From a virus (lineage: Duplodnaviria; Caudoviricetes), in the IMG/VR virus record IMGVR_UViG_3300021379_000628, positions 1 to 62,696 of that record: a stretch of DNA of 62,696 bases. One strand, given 5' to 3'. Within the stretch, counting starts at the first letter, position 1. Every line of letters starts with the position of its first letter. The position numbers and the translations under genes were made by a program. The notes under the pieces are model-generated. The model had not been told where the DNA came from and did not search any database. It saw only the letters and a program-made list of their open reading frames with translations. Of this stretch, positions 20,254 to 30,284 are shown in pieces.

Positions 20254-21787
20254 CTCTTAAATTATTGATTACACAATCTGTAGATAAAATAGTAGTAGCT
20301 ACTGAAGCCGCGTTTCTAAGTGCGCTTTTAGTTACTAACAGTGGGTCAATGATTCCGTTTTTAACCATATTGACAAACTTACCTGTAATAACATCAACGC
20401 CATAACCAGTTTTGGGCGTACCATCGTTCTCAAGTCCAGCATTTTTAAGTATAGTATTAAATGGTGCCTTTATTGCTTCAAGTAGTATTTCTTCACCAAC
20501 ACTTTTAGCTTTAATCTTTTTAGAAGCATCAAAAAGCGCTATACCACCACCAGAAACTATACCTTCTTTTACCGCGGCTTTAGTAGCACAGATAGCATCT
20601 TCAACTCTATCTGCTTTCTCTTTTAATTCAATTTCTGAGTTTGCTCCAACTTTTACCACTGCAACTTTAGCAGATAGTCTAGCTAAACGTTTTTCTAATC
20701 TGATTACCTCACCTGGAGACTTAGCTTTATCAAGTTGTTCTTTAACACTTTCTATTAAAGCTTTAACTTGCTCTGTGTCGGTATCAACTTGTATAATTGT
20801 TGATTCGTTATTTGTTGTTGCTTTATCACAGTGACCTAAAAACTCAGGGCGTATAACATCTAAATCATCACCTAAATCTTCGTTGATAACTGTAGCACCT
20901 GTTAAAACAGCAAGATCACTCAGTGTATCTTTTTTGTTAATACCATATACAGGGGCTTCAACAACGTTAACTTTTAAGTTACCTTTAGCTTTATTCATTG
21001 CTAGCGTAGCTAATACTGGCTGTTCTAAATCACCAATAATAAGTAAAGGTTTCTTTTCTTTTATAACGTACTCAAGTACGCTTTGTATTTTTCTAACTGA
21101 TTCAACTCTTGATTCTAATATGAGTACAAGAGCATTTTCTAGTTCAGCTACATTCTTTTCGATGTTTGTAATAAAGTGTGGATTAGATAATCCTTTATCA
21201 TATTCAACACCATCTACAAGCTCAAAATAAGTTTTATCATCTTGAGTTGATTCCATTGTAACAACACCGTTTTCACCTACAGTTCTAAAAGCTTTGCCAA
21301 TTATGCTACCAAGCTCTTCATCGTTATTACAACTAATTGTAGCAACATCATTCAGCATTGTACCTTCAACAGGTATACTAACTTTCTGTAGATAATTTAT
21401 AGTTTTTTCTACAGCTGAATTAATGCCATTTTTAATATTTCTCGGATTATCTTCTTTAGATCTTTTGTAGGCTTCTGTTAAAATTGAGTGCGCTAGCACT
21501 GTAGCCGTTGTTGTTCCATCGCCAGCTTCTTTTACAGTTTTCCTAGCTGCTTCCTTTAAAAGCGTTGCACCCATGTTTTCTACAGGATCTAAAAGTATAA
21601 CCGAGTCAGCAACCGTTACACCATCTTTAGTGATAACAGGTTTTCCTTGATCATTTTCTAAGATTACACATTGACCGCTAGCCCCAAGTGTGGAGCTAAC
21701 GGCTTTTGTGAGTTTTTGTATTCCTTCAAATACTTTGTCTCTGGCTTCGTCGCCAAAGTTTAAATTCTTAACAATTGCGTCAGACAT
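20231..21787 (-). CDS. groEL: Chaperonin GroEL
   Basis: [33 protein letters not shown] motifs; no GGM tail. Confidence 0.95.
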   Translation of the reverse strand: MSDAIVKNLNFGDEARDKVFEGIQKLTKAVSSTLGASGQCVILENDQGKPVITKDGVTVADSVILLDPVENMGATLLKEAARKTVKEAGDGTTTATVLAHSILTEAYKRSKEDNPRNIKNGINSAVEKTINYLQKVSIPVEGTMLNDVATISCNNDEELGSIIGKAFRTVGENGVVTMESTQDDKTYFELVDGVEYDKGLSNPHFITNIEKNVAELENALVLILESRVESVRKIQSVLEYVIKEKKPLLIIGDLEQPVLATLAMNKAKGNLKVNVVEAPVYGINKKDTLSDLAVLTGATVINEDLGDDLDVIRPEFLGHCDKATTNNESTIIQVDTDTEQVKALIESVKEQLDKAKSPGEVIRLEKRLARLSAKVAVVKVGANSEIELKEKADRVEDAICATKAAVKEGIVSGGGIALFDASKKIKAKSVGEEILLEAIKAPFNTILKNAGLENDGTPKTGYGVDVITGKFVNMVKNGIIDPLLVTKSALRNAASVATTILSTDCVINNLRVGDESNR

Positions 21788-21822
21788 ATTGGATTTAATT
21801 AAATTTGATTTATAGTTTGTGC

Positions 21823-22119
21823 CTATTCAAATGTTTTTACAACTATTGGTCCTTTGGCAAAGTCCAAACGTTTTTCGTAGTGTTCAATCGAAGCATCAAT
21901 CGCTGATTCAGCACCACCTACAGTTTCCCTTCGCGTAACGTCAACCCAGTCGTTTTCTTTTTTAGGATTGAGGTATTCGGTTTGGTAATACCCATTTGGT
22001 AGTTGTACAATTCTCCAGTTTTTCTTTTCAACTAAATGTTTCCAGAAATCTAGATCCTCTTCGGTTACACCAGGAGTATTTGCGTTACCCCAAGTGTAGG
22101 TTCTGTAATACAGTGTCAT
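21823..22119 (-). CDS. Hypothetical protein
   Basis: 98-aa ORF in the operon. Confidence 0.6.
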   Translation of the reverse strand: MTLYYRTYTWGNANTPGVTEEDLDFWKHLVEKKNWRIVQLPNGYYQTEYLNPKKENDWVDVTRRETVGGAESAIDASIEHYEKRLDFAKGPIVVKTFE

Positions 22120-22169
22120 TGGTTTTGGTTTTAAAAATTAATAATTGGTTTTGCCCTTCCTGGGCCAGG

Positions 22170-22409
22170 TTATCTTTTACCTTCTTTTTTGGTTCCGTTG
22201 CCGTCGTTTCCGCGGTTTCTCTTCACAGACTCAAAATGTCCGTCTTCGTGGTCGTAGTCTTTTCCTTTTATGTTCTTGCCTTCTTTTATGGCTTTCCTAC
22301 GTAGTCTTTGGTTTTCTGCTTTCTTTTTTCTCCTATCAGGAGTCATGGCAAACTTTTTGTCTCGCGCTTTTTTAGCTATGCGGGCTTTCAATGATAACTT
22401 TTGTGCCAT
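22170..22409 (-). CDS. Small basic protein, degenerate HNH-like
   Basis: GKDYDH...NRG motif; very Lys/Arg-rich. Confidence 0.4.
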   Translation of the reverse strand: MAQKLSLKARIAKKARDKKFAMTPDRRKKKAENQRLRRKAIKEGKNIKGKDYDHEDGHFESVKRNRGNDGNGTKKEGKR

Positions 22410-22439
22410 ATCTTATATATCACTTGTTTTTAGTGATTT

Positions 22440-22784
22440 TTACACTAGCCAAGGAGCATCTAATGCCACTGAATCTGGAGTAATTAACTTTTCAATTTGT
22501 AAATCTAAACTTGCTTTTAAACCAGCTACATCTAAATCACTTGCTTCTAACCAACCTTCAACGTCAGCTTGTGTTAAGCTTTCAAACGCTGTGAAGTTAG
22601 ATGGATCAGGCGTTGACACAATTTGCACCCCAATATTAGTAGCTGAATAAGCGTTACCATCAGCATCAGTTTGGTCAGAAGTGGCTGTATATCCCCAATG
22701 AATATTATAAACTACATTTGATAATGAATCTTGAGTTGGACGTACGTCAAGTTTGTTTATTGTCCAATTATAAGTATTAGCCAT
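22440..22784 (-). CDS. Tail-fibre-associated protein (possible assembly factor)
   Basis: Coupled downstream of the long fibre gene; YNWTI...VVYNIHW...FTAFESLT..V.GW pattern. Confidence 0.5.
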   Translation of the reverse strand: MANTYNWTINKLDVRPTQDSLSNVVYNIHWGYTATSDQTDADGNAYSATNIGVQIVSTPDPSNFTAFESLTQADVEGWLEASDLDVAGLKASLDLQIEKLITPDSVALDAPWLV

Positions 22785-25700
22785 TTTTTAGCGTATTTAT
22801 TTCTTGTTCTAAAGTTTGCACTTTTTCATTTAATTCTTTTATTGCATTAATCATTGCAAACGTAATAGCTTGGAAGTCGACGTTGTATAATTCTGTTTTC
22901 TCAGCGTCTGTTTCTTCAAGCTTAGCTTGATATGTATTTATTGCCTCAGGGAATATGCCTATTGTTTCTTGTGCAATAATACCAATATTATCTACAACGC
23001 TAGCATCAAATCCAGCCTTACCATTATAGTCGTAAAGTTTAGGCTGTAGTTGGATAACTTCAGCTAATCCTTTTTCATAGGGTCTTATATTTGTTTTTAC
23101 TCTTTCGTCAGATGTTGTTGTCCAATATATTGAGGTTGGTTTAGCTGCGGAGTTGTATTGCAAATGTAAATTATAGCTAGGCGTTATATTTCCTAAAGAA
23201 AAACCTTGACTATCACCATCAAACATTGCAAATCTATTACCGCCACTATCTTTAACCATTAATTGCCCATAGCTTGTTCCACTAGCTTCAATATACATAT
23301 TGTCATAGTCACCCTCAAACCATATTTTTTCACCACTACCAACATAAGTGTTAGGGCCTAAATAAGTGCTTCCGCTTAAAAAAGTAGTGCTATTAAAATA
23401 CGCTGTGCTTGTAGCTCTAAACGTACCGTTTACGTCTAAAGTATATGAAGGTGTTGTGTCGTTAATACCAACACGAGATAGCCCATTGTCTATATAAACC
23501 TTAGTGCTTGTTGTAGTACCAAGTTCAATATCTCCATTCGTGCTATAAGTTTGTAATTTTAAATCGTAAGTATAGTCAGTATATATTCTTGAATTACTCA
23601 CACCATTTGTTTGGAATAAAATCTGATTATTCCCAATACCACTTGGGTAATTAAAAGTCAGAGTACCAGCTGAAATGGTTTTAGAACCAGAAATTGTTTG
23701 GCTTGTATTTGTTGTAACAGCATTAGAACTTGCCTGAGCTCCAATGTCACTTAGCACCTGTGACCCAGTTCTGTATTTGAGAACTCCGCTATCTGAAACA
23801 ACAAACTTATCTGTATCTATAGTAGCTGCAGTCTCAGTCATTTTAATGTTACCGTTTACATCAAGAGTTGTTGCCGGAGAATCTGTTCTAATACCAACCC
23901 TACTGCTATCACTAACAAATAAATCAGGCGTTCCAGACGCTGTTGCTCCTCTACCAATATGAAGACCATCACCACCACCGGAGGTCCAGTTAGCTATATG
24001 GAATAAATCATTGTCGTAATCTTCAAAGACTAAATTCTGCCCACCTGGTATTCTAGCGCCTGAATTTAAATAAGACACACCTGTTGCTCTAAATGTACCG
24101 TTAACATCTAAACTATAAGATGGACTTGTGTCGTAAATACCCACACCACTAGTTGCAGAAAGAGTAATTACAGGATTGTCATTTTGTCTTATATAAACAG
24201 GTATGTCAAGCGCGTTATAATCACCGTAATCTATTTGAGTAGCATTACCATTCACATCCAATGGAGCTGAAGCTATTTCAGTATTACCTATAGCGAAAGC
24301 ATAAGTAGCACTTGATTTTGATTCACCAGCATAAACCCAACCTTGGCCGTTAATATCACTTGTTACCGTTAGTATACCAGTTAACGTATCTGTTGTGTCA
24401 AGTAAATACCTACCGTCTAAATCCGTTGTAACTGTACCGGCGTCGTTTCTGGTTAGCGTTAACACACCGTTTCCAGTGTTAAAACTAGCAGAAGTTACAT
24501 ATGTATTATTGTCAGCAGGTAATGTCGCCCAAGTGTTATCGCCTCTAAGATAAGTTGAAGAACTTGGGGTTCCAGTAGCGCTTAATGAATAAGTTAATGA
24601 TCCAGTGGTTGTGATAGGACCTCCAGACCCACTTATAAATGTTGAGTTTCCTGTACCTACACTTGTAACCGTACCAGTATATTGATCAGATGAATTTATT
24701 GTGATTGTATCTGTAGTTGCATTGGTAGTTATAGTAACATTTGAACCTGCGACTAGAGTTAAAGTGTCATTATTGCTATCAGCAACCACGGTTGTTTGTC
24801 CTGATACTGCAAAGTTTTTAAATATAGCTTGAGACGATCCTCGATCGGAATTAGTTACAGTTATAGTTCCACTGGTTGTAATTGGAGATCCGGTTACGCT
24901 AATACCGGAACCAGCGCTAACACCTACACTTGTAACAGTACCTGTGTTTGAAGTTTTATTATTGAAAGTATTCCAATCAGTGGAACTTAAATAACCGTCA
25001 GTAGAGGTCGTTGCTTGTGTAATACCAATAGTTCCAGTTGACGTAATTGTGCCGCCTGTAATTGGTGCAGTTGTTGCTACACTGGTAACCCCACTAGTAT
25101 AATCTGTCCAACTAGCTGTAATTGTTCCAGCGTCTTGCTGTGTAAGCGTAAGTGTTTTTGTAGTTGTACCAGTAACAACAGCTGAAACTATAGAATTATC
25201 ATAAGCAGTATTCCACTCTGTTGAATTTCCTCCAGTAGCTGTTATTACTCCAGATACATCTAATTTAGTGCTTGGACTAGCTGTTCCAATCCCAATTCTA
25301 CCATTAGTATAATCGGATATTATAGTATCATCATTAAACCAAACACCAGTAGTATTATTCCACACTAGAAATTCACCATCTGCCTGCGTACCTATATTAG
25401 TATCATGTAGTTGGTGTATGCCTTCGTTAGCTTGTACTCTAATTTGTATTTTACCTTGGGTGGATGCTTTTAAAACAAATGCAGCTGGAATTTTTACGTT
25501 TGGTCCATCTGGTTCTGTAATTGTGAAATCACCAGCAGAATCTGGATCACACCACAAAACATCGCCACCAGTCCAAGTTTCTCCATTTTGGCCGGTAGTA
25601 TTAAACTGATCTAGTTCACCAAAAGATATAGCTCTTTTAATTTCACCGTTCGCTATATCTTCCTCCATAAGACCTAGGAAGTATCTAGCTTCAACAGTGC

Positions 25701-25968
25701 CGTCAGCCACCATTTCATCTACAAGTATATGACCAGAGTTACCATCGGTTCCGACTGCCATAACTCCTTTGCCTTTTGAAATAGTAACACCAGTAGAATT
25801 TTTTACGTAATAAAACATAAAGTCAGAGGTGGCGACTACACTAGATTGCGGTATCCACTCAACACCAGTTCCTGTAGAAGATAATACATCACCGGCATCA
25901 CCGTTTACGTCGTTATTATCTACAAGGCCTGCGTCAAGTTCTATATCAGTTAAAAACTTATTAGCCAT
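22777..25968 (-). CDS. Long tail fibre with C-terminal peptidase S74 intramolecular chaperone
   Basis: GIGTxSP..LDVxG repeats, GTVTSV repeats, TSDERVKTNI cleavage motif and C-terminal coiled coil. Confidence 0.85.
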   Translation of the reverse strand: MANKFLTDIELDAGLVDNNDVNGDAGDVLSSTGTGVEWIPQSSVVATSDFMFYYVKNSTGVTISKGKGVMAVGTDGNSGHILVDEMVADGTVEARYFLGLMEEDIANGEIKRAISFGELDQFNTTGQNGETWTGGDVLWCDPDSAGDFTITEPDGPNVKIPAAFVLKASTQGKIQIRVQANEGIHQLHDTNIGTQADGEFLVWNNTTGVWFNDDTIISDYTNGRIGIGTASPSTKLDVSGVITATGGNSTEWNTAYDNSIVSAVVTGTTTKTLTLTQQDAGTITASWTDYTSGVTSVATTAPITGGTITSTGTIGITQATTSTDGYLSSTDWNTFNNKTSNTGTVTSVGVSAGSGISVTGSPITTSGTITVTNSDRGSSQAIFKNFAVSGQTTVVADSNNDTLTLVAGSNVTITTNATTDTITINSSDQYTGTVTSVGTGNSTFISGSGGPITTTGSLTYSLSATGTPSSSTYLRGDNTWATLPADNNTYVTSASFNTGNGVLTLTRNDAGTVTTDLDGRYLLDTTDTLTGILTVTSDINGQGWVYAGESKSSATYAFAIGNTEIASAPLDVNGNATQIDYGDYNALDIPVYIRQNDNPVITLSATSGVGIYDTSPSYSLDVNGTFRATGVSYLNSGARIPGGQNLVFEDYDNDLFHIANWTSGGGDGLHIGRGATASGTPDLFVSDSSRVGIRTDSPATTLDVNGNIKMTETAATIDTDKFVVSDSGVLKYRTGSQVLSDIGAQASSNAVTTNTSQTISGSKTISAGTLTFNYPSGIGNNQILFQTNGVSNSRIYTDYTYDLKLQTYSTNGDIELGTTTSTKVYIDNGLSRVGINDTTPSYTLDVNGTFRATSTAYFNSTTFLSGSTYLGPNTYVGSGEKIWFEGDYDNMYIEASGTSYGQLMVKDSGGNRFAMFDGDSQGFSLGNITPSYNLHLQYNSAAKPTSIYWTTTSDERVKTNIRPYEKGLAEVIQLQPKLYDYNGKAGFDASVVDNIGIIAQETIGIFPEAINTYQAKLEETDAEKTELYNVDFQAITFAMINAIKELNEKVQTLEQEINTLKNG

Positions 25969-25984
25969 GAATTTTATTTAATTA

Positions 25985-27280
25985 TTATCCGATTTTTTGT
26001 ACTAGCACTCTAATACTATTTGTTGGAGTAGCGGCAAATGTAATTGTTGCTTGAGATGTTGAAATTCTATCTACATCAGCATATACTGTTTCATATGTTA
26101 CCGTATCGTATAATTGTATAATTACATCTTGCGTGCCTAAGCTATGTGTAATTGTAGCTGTATCTGAAATTGTTGTAGCGTACGTATTATCAGAGTTTGT
26201 ATCTATGTTTGTTACTGTTGCGGTACCAGATGAATAAGAAACACTAATTCCAGTTCCAGCGTTTACGTTTCCAAGACCAACAGTTGTTAGTGTAGCTAAA
26301 TCTACGTTATTTTGAACAGTTGTCCAGTCGCTTAAAGTAGTTGGTGAATCAATCTCCGCGATAAGTACATCACCTACTCTAACTTGTTCTGTGAAGAATA
26401 AACCATCAGCGGTTACAGTCCACATGAATCCTTTATCAATAGTGATAGTAGGGGAGTTGTCTAGGTTAGGCGTATTTGTCGCAGCGTCATACCCACCTTG
26501 ATAATAAACACCGCCAGCAACAGAGTTATCAATATATGTTTTAACATCAGCTAAAGCCTCTACCGGTATATTACCTAAAGTAGTTTGCTTAACCTCGTTA
26601 TCATCGCTATCACTAAAGTTGATTATATCTGTAGAAGCTGCAGTCGTTGCAGCTCCAGCTGATAGCAAGTAGTTATCAGCACCTGAGTAATCTATATTTA
26701 CAGTAGGGTTAACTGTAGAAGTTCCTGTTATTACAATACCATCACCTCCAGAAACAGATGTTACTGTTCCTACGTATTGATCGTTAGATGTAATCGTTAT
26801 CGTGTTAGTACTTTGCGTTACGGTGGTTGTTCCAGCGCCTGTAATAGCAACTTGGTCAGTTGTGGCATCGCTACCTATTAATTGAATACCAGCAGTACCA
26901 TTTGTAGAACCATAACCTGATAAATCGTATGTAGTATCAGTATCTACAACAGCAGCCCAAGTGTTATCACCTCTTAAATATGTAGAAGAGCTAGGCGTTC
27001 CAGTTGCAGAAAGCTCAACAGTAACAGTTTGCTTGGCATCTGTAGAGTTTGTGTCAGCTTTTGTTACAGTTATAAACGTATCACCAGTGAAACCATACTC
27101 GCTTAGCGTCACCCATTGGTCTGTAGCGTTGGAATAATACTTAGCTGCCTCTACACCTGTGGTACTATCAAAGTATATTTGTGCCGCGGCGGCAGTTGGA
27201 GCTGATGACGTTACATGCAATTTAGCATTTTGCAGCTGATTGTCGTCGAGATTTATATTATTAAGAAACGGTATTGCCAT
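25985..27280 (-). CDS. Tail fibre/structural protein
   Basis: Thr/Ser/Gly-rich; shares SATGTPSSSTYLRGDNTWA with the long fibre; C-terminal ITHSLGTQDV domain. Confidence 0.7.
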   Translation of the reverse strand: MAIPFLNNINLDDNQLQNAKLHVTSSAPTAAAAQIYFDSTTGVEAAKYYSNATDQWVTLSEYGFTGDTFITVTKADTNSTDAKQTVTVELSATGTPSSSTYLRGDNTWAAVVDTDTTYDLSGYGSTNGTAGIQLIGSDATTDQVAITGAGTTTVTQSTNTITITSNDQYVGTVTSVSGGDGIVITGTSTVNPTVNIDYSGADNYLLSAGAATTAASTDIINFSDSDDNEVKQTTLGNIPVEALADVKTYIDNSVAGGVYYQGGYDAATNTPNLDNSPTITIDKGFMWTVTADGLFFTEQVRVGDVLIAEIDSPTTLSDWTTVQNNVDLATLTTVGLGNVNAGTGISVSYSSGTATVTNIDTNSDNTYATTISDTATITHSLGTQDVIIQLYDTVTYETVYADVDRISTSQATITFAATPTNSIRVLVQKIG

Positions 27281-27282
27281 AA

Positions 27283-27978
27283 TTAATTGATATATGCTTT
27301 ACCGGTTTCAGCTCCGGCAAATGTTATTGTTAAAGTATTTTCATCTATATATTGTATATCACCATATCCTTTCTGCCCAGTGGATAAAACCATAGTTGCA
27401 GCGGCATATTTGTCTAGATTGTGGTTAACAGTCCAAGTTACAGCTGGAGTATCTTGCGTATGAACGTAATTTTTATCACCTTCAATACTATTCATATCCA
27501 TTGTAATAGAATAGTACTGTAAAGCTGTTAAAAGTAGGTTACCTTGTATAAATGTTAGTGCCATTCTATAAACTGGACCACTAACTTGTGTAAGTGCTGT
27601 TAATCTAAATACGCCAAATCTAGCAATATCTTTCCTATCTTCAAAAACGATTACCTCACCAACTAATCTTTCCAAATATGGTAGCGCATTATTAGCCGCT
27701 GGCATATCTGTCATGATGTCGATGTATGTCATTGTACTCCAATCGGTACCAGGACCTCCGTAACCGTCGAAAAATATAGTACCTTCTTCAGTGGGTTCTG
27801 GTGATGGATCTACAACTACAAACTTCCAACTGATTTTTTCCAAATACAAATTAATCATTGCATTGGAAAGACCAGCTACGTTAAAGTTTTTCGTCTGATT
27901 TTTAGAAACATCAGTTCCGATAACTATATCTGATGGCTCTACCTCGTTATTTACAATATACGAAGATATTATAGGCAT
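27283..27978 (-). CDS. Tail-associated structural protein
   Basis: C-terminal YVHTQ..WTVNHNL..P-type domain; in the fibre cluster. Confidence 0.55.
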   Translation of the reverse strand: MPIISSYIVNNEVEPSDIVIGTDVSKNQTKNFNVAGLSNAMINLYLEKISWKFVVVDPSPEPTEEGTIFFDGYGGPGTDWSTMTYIDIMTDMPAANNALPYLERLVGEVIVFEDRKDIARFGVFRLTALTQVSGPVYRMALTFIQGNLLLTALQYYSITMDMNSIEGDKNYVHTQDTPAVTWTVNHNLDKYAAATMVLSTGQKGYGDIQYIDENTLTITFAGAETGKAYIN

Positions 27979-27991
27979 GTGTTATTTTTTA

Positions 27992-29056
27992 TTATGCGTT
28001 TTCTAAGGCTTCGATTCTAGCGATAGCTTCTTGTAGAGCTGCAGTAAGTAGTGGGACTAGTTTAGATTTGTCAATGCCTTGATAAATAGCTTCGCCGCTA
28101 TCGTTTACTTCATCTTTCGTTCCTGTTACAGCCTCTGGCACGACACTCTGCACTTCGTGAGCAATAAATCCGTCAACAGTGTTGCTATCTCCTATGAAAT
28201 TAAATCTACTTGGGTTTAGTTGTTTTACTTTATCTATTGCACCAGTGATTCCTACTATATTTTCTTTTAAACGGTAGTCAGAGGTTTCGTTATATGCAGT
28301 ACCAGTACCACTCAAGGATATAGTTCCTTTTGTCACATTAGCTATTTGGAAGCGTATAGCTACGTCACTGTTTTGCTGATTAATTATAAAACTGTCATTA
28401 GAATCAGATTCATTGTTTTCTAAATATAACGCTGGAGCAGATTCATATATAGCGTCTCTTACAATCTCCATTGTTGATCCAGTGTGTACAATGCTAGTAC
28501 TATTTACCAACACTTGGTTGTAAAGACCCTCTATGTATATTGGTGAATCAGCTAATGCTGTTGAGCTACTCATTTTAGGAATATACTGAGCGCTTGATGT
28601 GCTTGTAACTGTACCTGTTCCAGCCCCGATGTCACTTCGTAATTGTGTACCGGTTCTATATTTAATAACACCAGAATCTAGTACAGCGAACTTATCTGTA
28701 TCAACCGTAGCAGCAGTCTCTGGTATTGTAACATCACCTGTAACACCTAAAGTTCCACCCACCGTAGCATTTGAAGTAACAGCTAGTGTAACACCTGAAG
28801 ATACTGTCAAAGATGTTGGGGCTGAAGTACTATCTTGTTTTAACACTGAATCTACAGTATGTGTAGCCGTGTCATACACTGGAATATATGTCGCTGTACC
28901 ATCGTGAAGGCTTGTGTAAATAGCGTCACGCAGTGTCTCGAAAGTTATTGAGTTAGTCTGAAATGCTCCTACGCCTGCAGAAGGCGCCACACTTAAGACA
29001 AACTGGTCTGTTGTTTTGACCGTTTCTGTTATAGGGTAAGAGTATAATATAGCCAT
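27992..29056 (-). CDS. Short tail fibre with peptidase S74 chaperone
   Basis: TSDYRLKENI, GFIAHEVQ, IDKSKLVPLL motifs. Confidence 0.8.
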   Translation of the reverse strand: MAILYSYPITETVKTTDQFVLSVAPSAGVGAFQTNSITFETLRDAIYTSLHDGTATYIPVYDTATHTVDSVLKQDSTSAPTSLTVSSGVTLAVTSNATVGGTLGVTGDVTIPETAATVDTDKFAVLDSGVIKYRTGTQLRSDIGAGTGTVTSTSSAQYIPKMSSSTALADSPIYIEGLYNQVLVNSTSIVHTGSTMEIVRDAIYESAPALYLENNESDSNDSFIINQQNSDVAIRFQIANVTKGTISLSGTGTAYNETSDYRLKENIVGITGAIDKVKQLNPSRFNFIGDSNTVDGFIAHEVQSVVPEAVTGTKDEVNDSGEAIYQGIDKSKLVPLLTAALQEAIARIEALENA

Positions 29057-29083
29057 AGCTTTTTAAAATTCGTTTATATGATA

Positions 29084-29113
29084 TATACTTACAGATTATA
29101 GTGAATTTTTACA
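29084..29113 (-). promoter_or_regulatory. Candidate class-2 (middle/late) promoter; similar copies at 22415-22444(-), 16273-16302(-), 6703-6732(-), 458-487(-), 39203-39232(+)
   Basis: TGTAAAA-N13-TGTAAGTATA; approximate consensus WGKAAAA-N13-WGTRANWATA at gene starts. Confidence 0.5.
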
Positions 29114-29127
29114 TAAGCATTGAAACA

Positions 29128-29172
29128 GTGACAATAGCCTGTTACTTATACTACTTATAAGGCTAATGTCAT
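29128..29172. promoter_or_regulatory. Inverted-repeat operator in the divergence region
   Basis: GTGACAATAGCC-N21-GGCTAATGTCAT; near-identical site at 37628-37671. Confidence 0.65.
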
Positions 29173-29227
29173 ACTTTTTTTGACGTTAGATATATAGGAG
29201 TATGGGGTTACCCCCTATCCCACTGAT

Positions 29228-29240
29228 AATCAATCAATTA
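29228..29240 (+). promoter_or_regulatory. IHF-consensus-like site (second, one-mismatch copy at 29305-29317)
   Basis: AATCAATCAATTA matches WATCAANNNNTTR. Confidence 0.3.
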
Positions 29241-29371
29241 CAAAACACGTTTTAATTTAGCGGGTCCCCCTTTTTCTCAGAATTTACGTTTATATACCCT
29301 TGGTTTTCAATGCGTTACGCGTATACATATTGACATTTTGTACAAAATTACTATACTGTTTAAACTTTTTT

Positions 29372-29402
29372 ACAGACAAAATATAATTTAGTTTGGATAA
29401 TA
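29372..29402 (+). promoter_or_regulatory. Early promoter motif, copy 1
   Basis: ACAGACAAAA-N12-TGGATAATA. Confidence 0.75.
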
Positions 29403-29513
29403 TATATGTAAGTAAATTAATAATGAAACAAATAAAATACTTTACTGTAAGCAAAGAGAAAGAGTGTTATACTTCTCTAACAAATTAAACTAATAAACAA
29501 TAATACACTTATT

Positions 29514-29544
29514 ACAGACAAAATAATTAACTAACTGGATAATA
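29514..29544 (+). promoter_or_regulatory. Early promoter motif, copy 2
   Basis: ACAGACAAAA-N12-TGGATAATA upstream of 29588. Confidence 0.75.
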
Positions 29545-29587
29545 TAATAAACTAAATATAACATATAAATCTTTTAAATTAAATACT

Positions 29588-29818
29588 ATGCAAAATTCAA
29601 TTCAATCAAAACGCTTTGTTATTCGTCAATCTCTCGTAGGCCAAAATCAAATCATTGAAGTCACTTTCAAAAATGGCAAAACTTTCAAATATAATCATGA
29701 CAAAGCATTTGAACTAATGAAGTCAAATCTTGAAAAACTAAACTGTTTTCAAAAATATAAATCATACACTTCATCTACTTCAATTCCAAAAGTATTACAA
29801 AATGCTGAAGTTATCTAA
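29588..29818 (+). CDS. First early hypothetical protein
   Basis: 76 aa behind the tandem promoter motifs. Confidence 0.65.
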   Translation: MQNSIQSKRFVIRQSLVGQNQIIEVTFKNGKTFKYNHDKAFELMKSNLEKLNCFQKYKSYTSSTSIPKVLQNAEVI

Positions 29819-29886
29819 TCAATAACTTTATTACAAAAGTGGGCGTTGAAATGTGTTCTCTCCACTATAAATAAAGTTGAACAGAT

Positions 29887-29928
29887 TAGTCACAATGGTT
29901 AATAGTGGTTCGATTCCACTCGTGACTA
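29887..29928 (+). ncRNA. Minimal tRNA-like element (acceptor stem plus T-arm only)
   Basis: TAGTCAC/GTGACTA stem, AATGGTT linker, AGTGG-TTCGATT-CCACT T-arm, followed by CTAA as in the other two elements. Confidence 0.55.
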
Positions 29929-29943
29929 CTAATACAAATAATT

Positions 29944-30099
29944 ATGAGAAAGTTTCAACACACAAATCTACTTGAAGTAGTATTAAAACTCTACGCCTTT
30001 TCACTCGCTGGTTTATCAGTAATTGGAGCGTTATCACTAATAATTGGTTTAGTAACAGGCGAAATAGTAGTACCAGAATCCGCTTTCGGTACTTACTAA
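29944..30099 (+). CDS. 51-aa membrane protein
   Basis: MRKFQH...LYAFSLAGLSVIGALSLIIGLV; single hydrophobic helix. Confidence 0.55.
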   Translation: MRKFQHTNLLEVVLKLYAFSLAGLSVIGALSLIIGLVTGEIVVPESAFGTY

Positions 30100-30101
30100 T
30101 C

Positions 30102-30132
30102 ACAAACAAAACATTACACTAACTGGATAATA
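30102..30132 (+). promoter_or_regulatory. Early promoter motif, copy 3
   Basis: ACAAACAAAA-N12-TGGATAATA. Confidence 0.75.
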
Positions 30133-30149
30133 ATATAAAATAATATACT

Positions 30150-30284
30150 ATGCAATTTATACTAACTTGTCAAAACGGTAAACAAATAGATATGTCTTCA
30201 TATATACTATCTCAAATGAAAGGTGAGATGACTCGTGAAGAAGTTCAAACTCGTATTGACTACTACAAATCAAATAATCTATGA
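30150..30284 (+). CDS. 44-aa hypothetical protein
   Basis: MQFILTCQNGKQ...; ATGA overlap with 30281. Confidence 0.55.
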   Translation: MQFILTCQNGKQIDMSSYILSQMKGEMTREEVQTRIDYYKSNNL

